Source: Parasitella parasitica NRRL 2501
Taxonomy: Eukaryota > Fungi > Mucoromycota
DNA: 34,134 nucleotides
Reading direction: 5' to 3'
Assembly (NCBI GenBank): GCA_025201805.1
Contig: MU619330.1
Span: 93,641-127,774 of the forward strand
A program made the position numbers and the translations under genes. Below the pieces are notes generated by a model that was not told the origin of the DNA, did no database searches, and saw nothing but the letters and a program-made list of their open reading frames with translations. Of this stretch, positions 31,864-34,134 are shown in pieces (position 1 is the first letter of the stretch; the number at the start of each line of letters is the position of its first letter).

Positions 31864-34134
31864 GTTGAAAACAAATAGAGAAGAAAGAAAACGCTTTAAA
31901 CTACTTCAGTGATGCCCGCAAATTATCTTTCTCCTTGTTTTATGACGCAGTCAATGAACGACAATCCGGCATCTTGCCAAGATGATTTCGGTAAAGATAT
32001 CGGCTTTACCGGACAACTCTTTGCACTTCATTTACGACGTTGGACTCTTGCCAATGGCTAGAGGAATTTACTTCTCCATTCAACATTCCCATTCTGTAAA
32101 CTGAAGCTAGACTATCGGTTTGTACGGTGTTATATGGCTTAAACTTATGATGGTAAAGAAAAATTTTCCTGTAATAATCGACATTATACAAGATTTTGGA
32201 AAATTAAGCTAGAGTAATCTCCAGTTTAACCTTCTGCGACTTGATTCTCTGAAAATCCTGCTGACGAATAGATTGTAAATATTTGGTATCACTGTGCGTG
32301 AAGCTATTGCGCAGGATTTTAATCCACTACAAAATGAGCTTTAACACTATTAGCCTATCAACTGATTTCTCACCTTACTAATTGAGTACTGATATCCGTA
32401 CTAGCGACTAAATCTTTTTACCTGCTGATGTGCAGAGGCTTAAAGATGTAAATTTGGTCACTTTTATTCAGTTCAACTTCACTTTATATTATATTTCGTA
32501 TATGATGATTAACTTTGGTGAGATATGATTCACAGATGAAAATGCGCTCTCCACGAAATCTCTAAAATGAAGCCTTCATTATAAAAAAAAAAAAGACATT
32601 TGTGAACGGGAAGATATGAGTTACAAGTTACGCTCAAATGAACGGCTAGCTTTTCGTAGGGGAGAATAAGTCTCGACAGCAGTTGAGCACATCTTAAAAA
32701 CTTGAGCCGTGGTCAAATTATGCCGGTCGTATACGACATTGCATGTGGTAGATTTGCCCTACGAAATAGGTTTATTAACAGAAGACAATACTCGACGAAG
32801 TCTCCTAAGCTTAGTGAAAATTATTATCTCTTGTCTGACAAACCAGTCTTCCATATCTACGCTTCTTGCCAAGCCAAAACCTAAAATATATGAACCACTC
32901 ACTAGGATTTACAGAGGCGAGGGTGCAGGAAAGCTTTGTTTGCTTTTTATCATTAAAACTATTAATATTGATTTCAGAGCTTTTTTTTTGGTCCTACGTA
33001 TCATTTTATGGTCGAAATGCCTTCAATGAGAAGGTTAAATCACAGGGTGTAAATCGCTGAATTATCATTATTTCACTCTTCGGATAAAATAAATGATGGA
33101 ACTGCGTAGCTTTTGTATATTGCTGAACTAATACTTTTTCTGGAAACTGATAGCACTCCTGTTCAAACAGTCAGAAGATTGAATAGACTGCAATGCCATA
33201 GATATGCTCATGACATGCTACATTTACAGATATATGCTAAGGTGATGAACATCAAATGATATACTATAGACTAAATAAAATTATACTAGAAATAGTATAC
33301 ACTTTATGGATCGATATTAATAATCTTCGTATGGGAGATATACCAGGCTACCTTGCTTACAGTCTATCTATTCACTTAGATAGATCTAAGTTATCTTTAG
33401 TCTGCTGAGATGTCGTTTAGCACTAAATCGAAGATGCTAATTAATCAGAATTGTTACCGTACACGCTAATTTATGATAGTAAAAGTCATTCGTAGCTTAT
33501 AAAGATTTATTATCTGCCTGGCCAGTTGATGAGCAGCAGCTTCACGCATCTATTGATTTGATATTAAAACCTATACTTTTATTTTAGTTTTTTTTCCATA
33601 AATCATATAACATCCTAAATCGATTCCACAAACATTGCAAACAGTAAGTCTCCAATTATCCAATATTATAGTCTTCAGATATATTTGAACTGATTTGAGA
33701 TCTAGCCTATGATCAATGATGATACACAGTGATAAATCACATATCATGGCTTCAGTGCCAATAATACCACAACAGTATATACCTACACACACACCAGAAA
33801 AATCACGTGATTTTATTTCAAACTCCGATAAAGAAAACCAAAAAACGTTTGAAATCAAGTTATGCTCATATAGCGATGATCATGCCTGTACTTATGGCGC
33901 ATAAGACAGGAATTAATTTGCTCTTTATCGAAGCCTATCATTGATTATATGCAATTCTGATATGTTAATTTGTGATATCATCTGATAATTTTATAGATAT
34001 CAATGAAAACATGGATATCAATGTTGTTTCCAGATAGAGGTGAGTCAACGCTAAGTTTTCCAAGTTAGATCTCGGTTCTACGGTTATTTTAGCACAAGTT
34101 ATGAGCAAATATCTGATATTCATGATCAATATTG

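Noticed and set aside
32006-34134. Short ORFs (60-106 aa) and splice-like signals in the AT-rich right flank
   Set aside because: Could not assemble a consistent gene model or recognise a family; possibly decayed sequence but unsupported.

Overview
Eukaryotic fungal genomic DNA with short GT-AG introns of about 50-70 nt. Gene content and the Tc1-type transposase relic suggest Mucorales (Mucoromycota), which is an inference. Bases 1-5100 are AT-rich relic DNA: three diverged copies of a ~350-bp repeat (two inverted), a 495-nt N-gap and a decayed spliced gene. Genes I could reconstruct with splice sites: an SPX-ACT-ACT-phosphoserine phosphatase (SerB) fusion (-), msrB (-), a small basic hypothetical protein (-), a 1293-aa multi-Ig-like (ASH/Hydin-like) protein (+), a chitin deacetylase (+), a Kar9-like/GAS2-domain protein (+), pyruvate carboxylase (+) and a Sac3/GANP mRNA-export factor (-). 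A Tc1/IS630-type DDE transposase remnant is also present. The most interesting element is the SPX-SerB fusion: an inositol-pyrophosphate/phosphate-sensing domain joined to a bacterial-type two-ACT phosphoserine phosphatase, with a Gcn4/CpcA-type site in its promoter. This suggests phosphate-status control of serine synthesis. No rRNA, tRNA or CRISPR array was recognised. All domain calls come from motif recognition by eye, not database searches.
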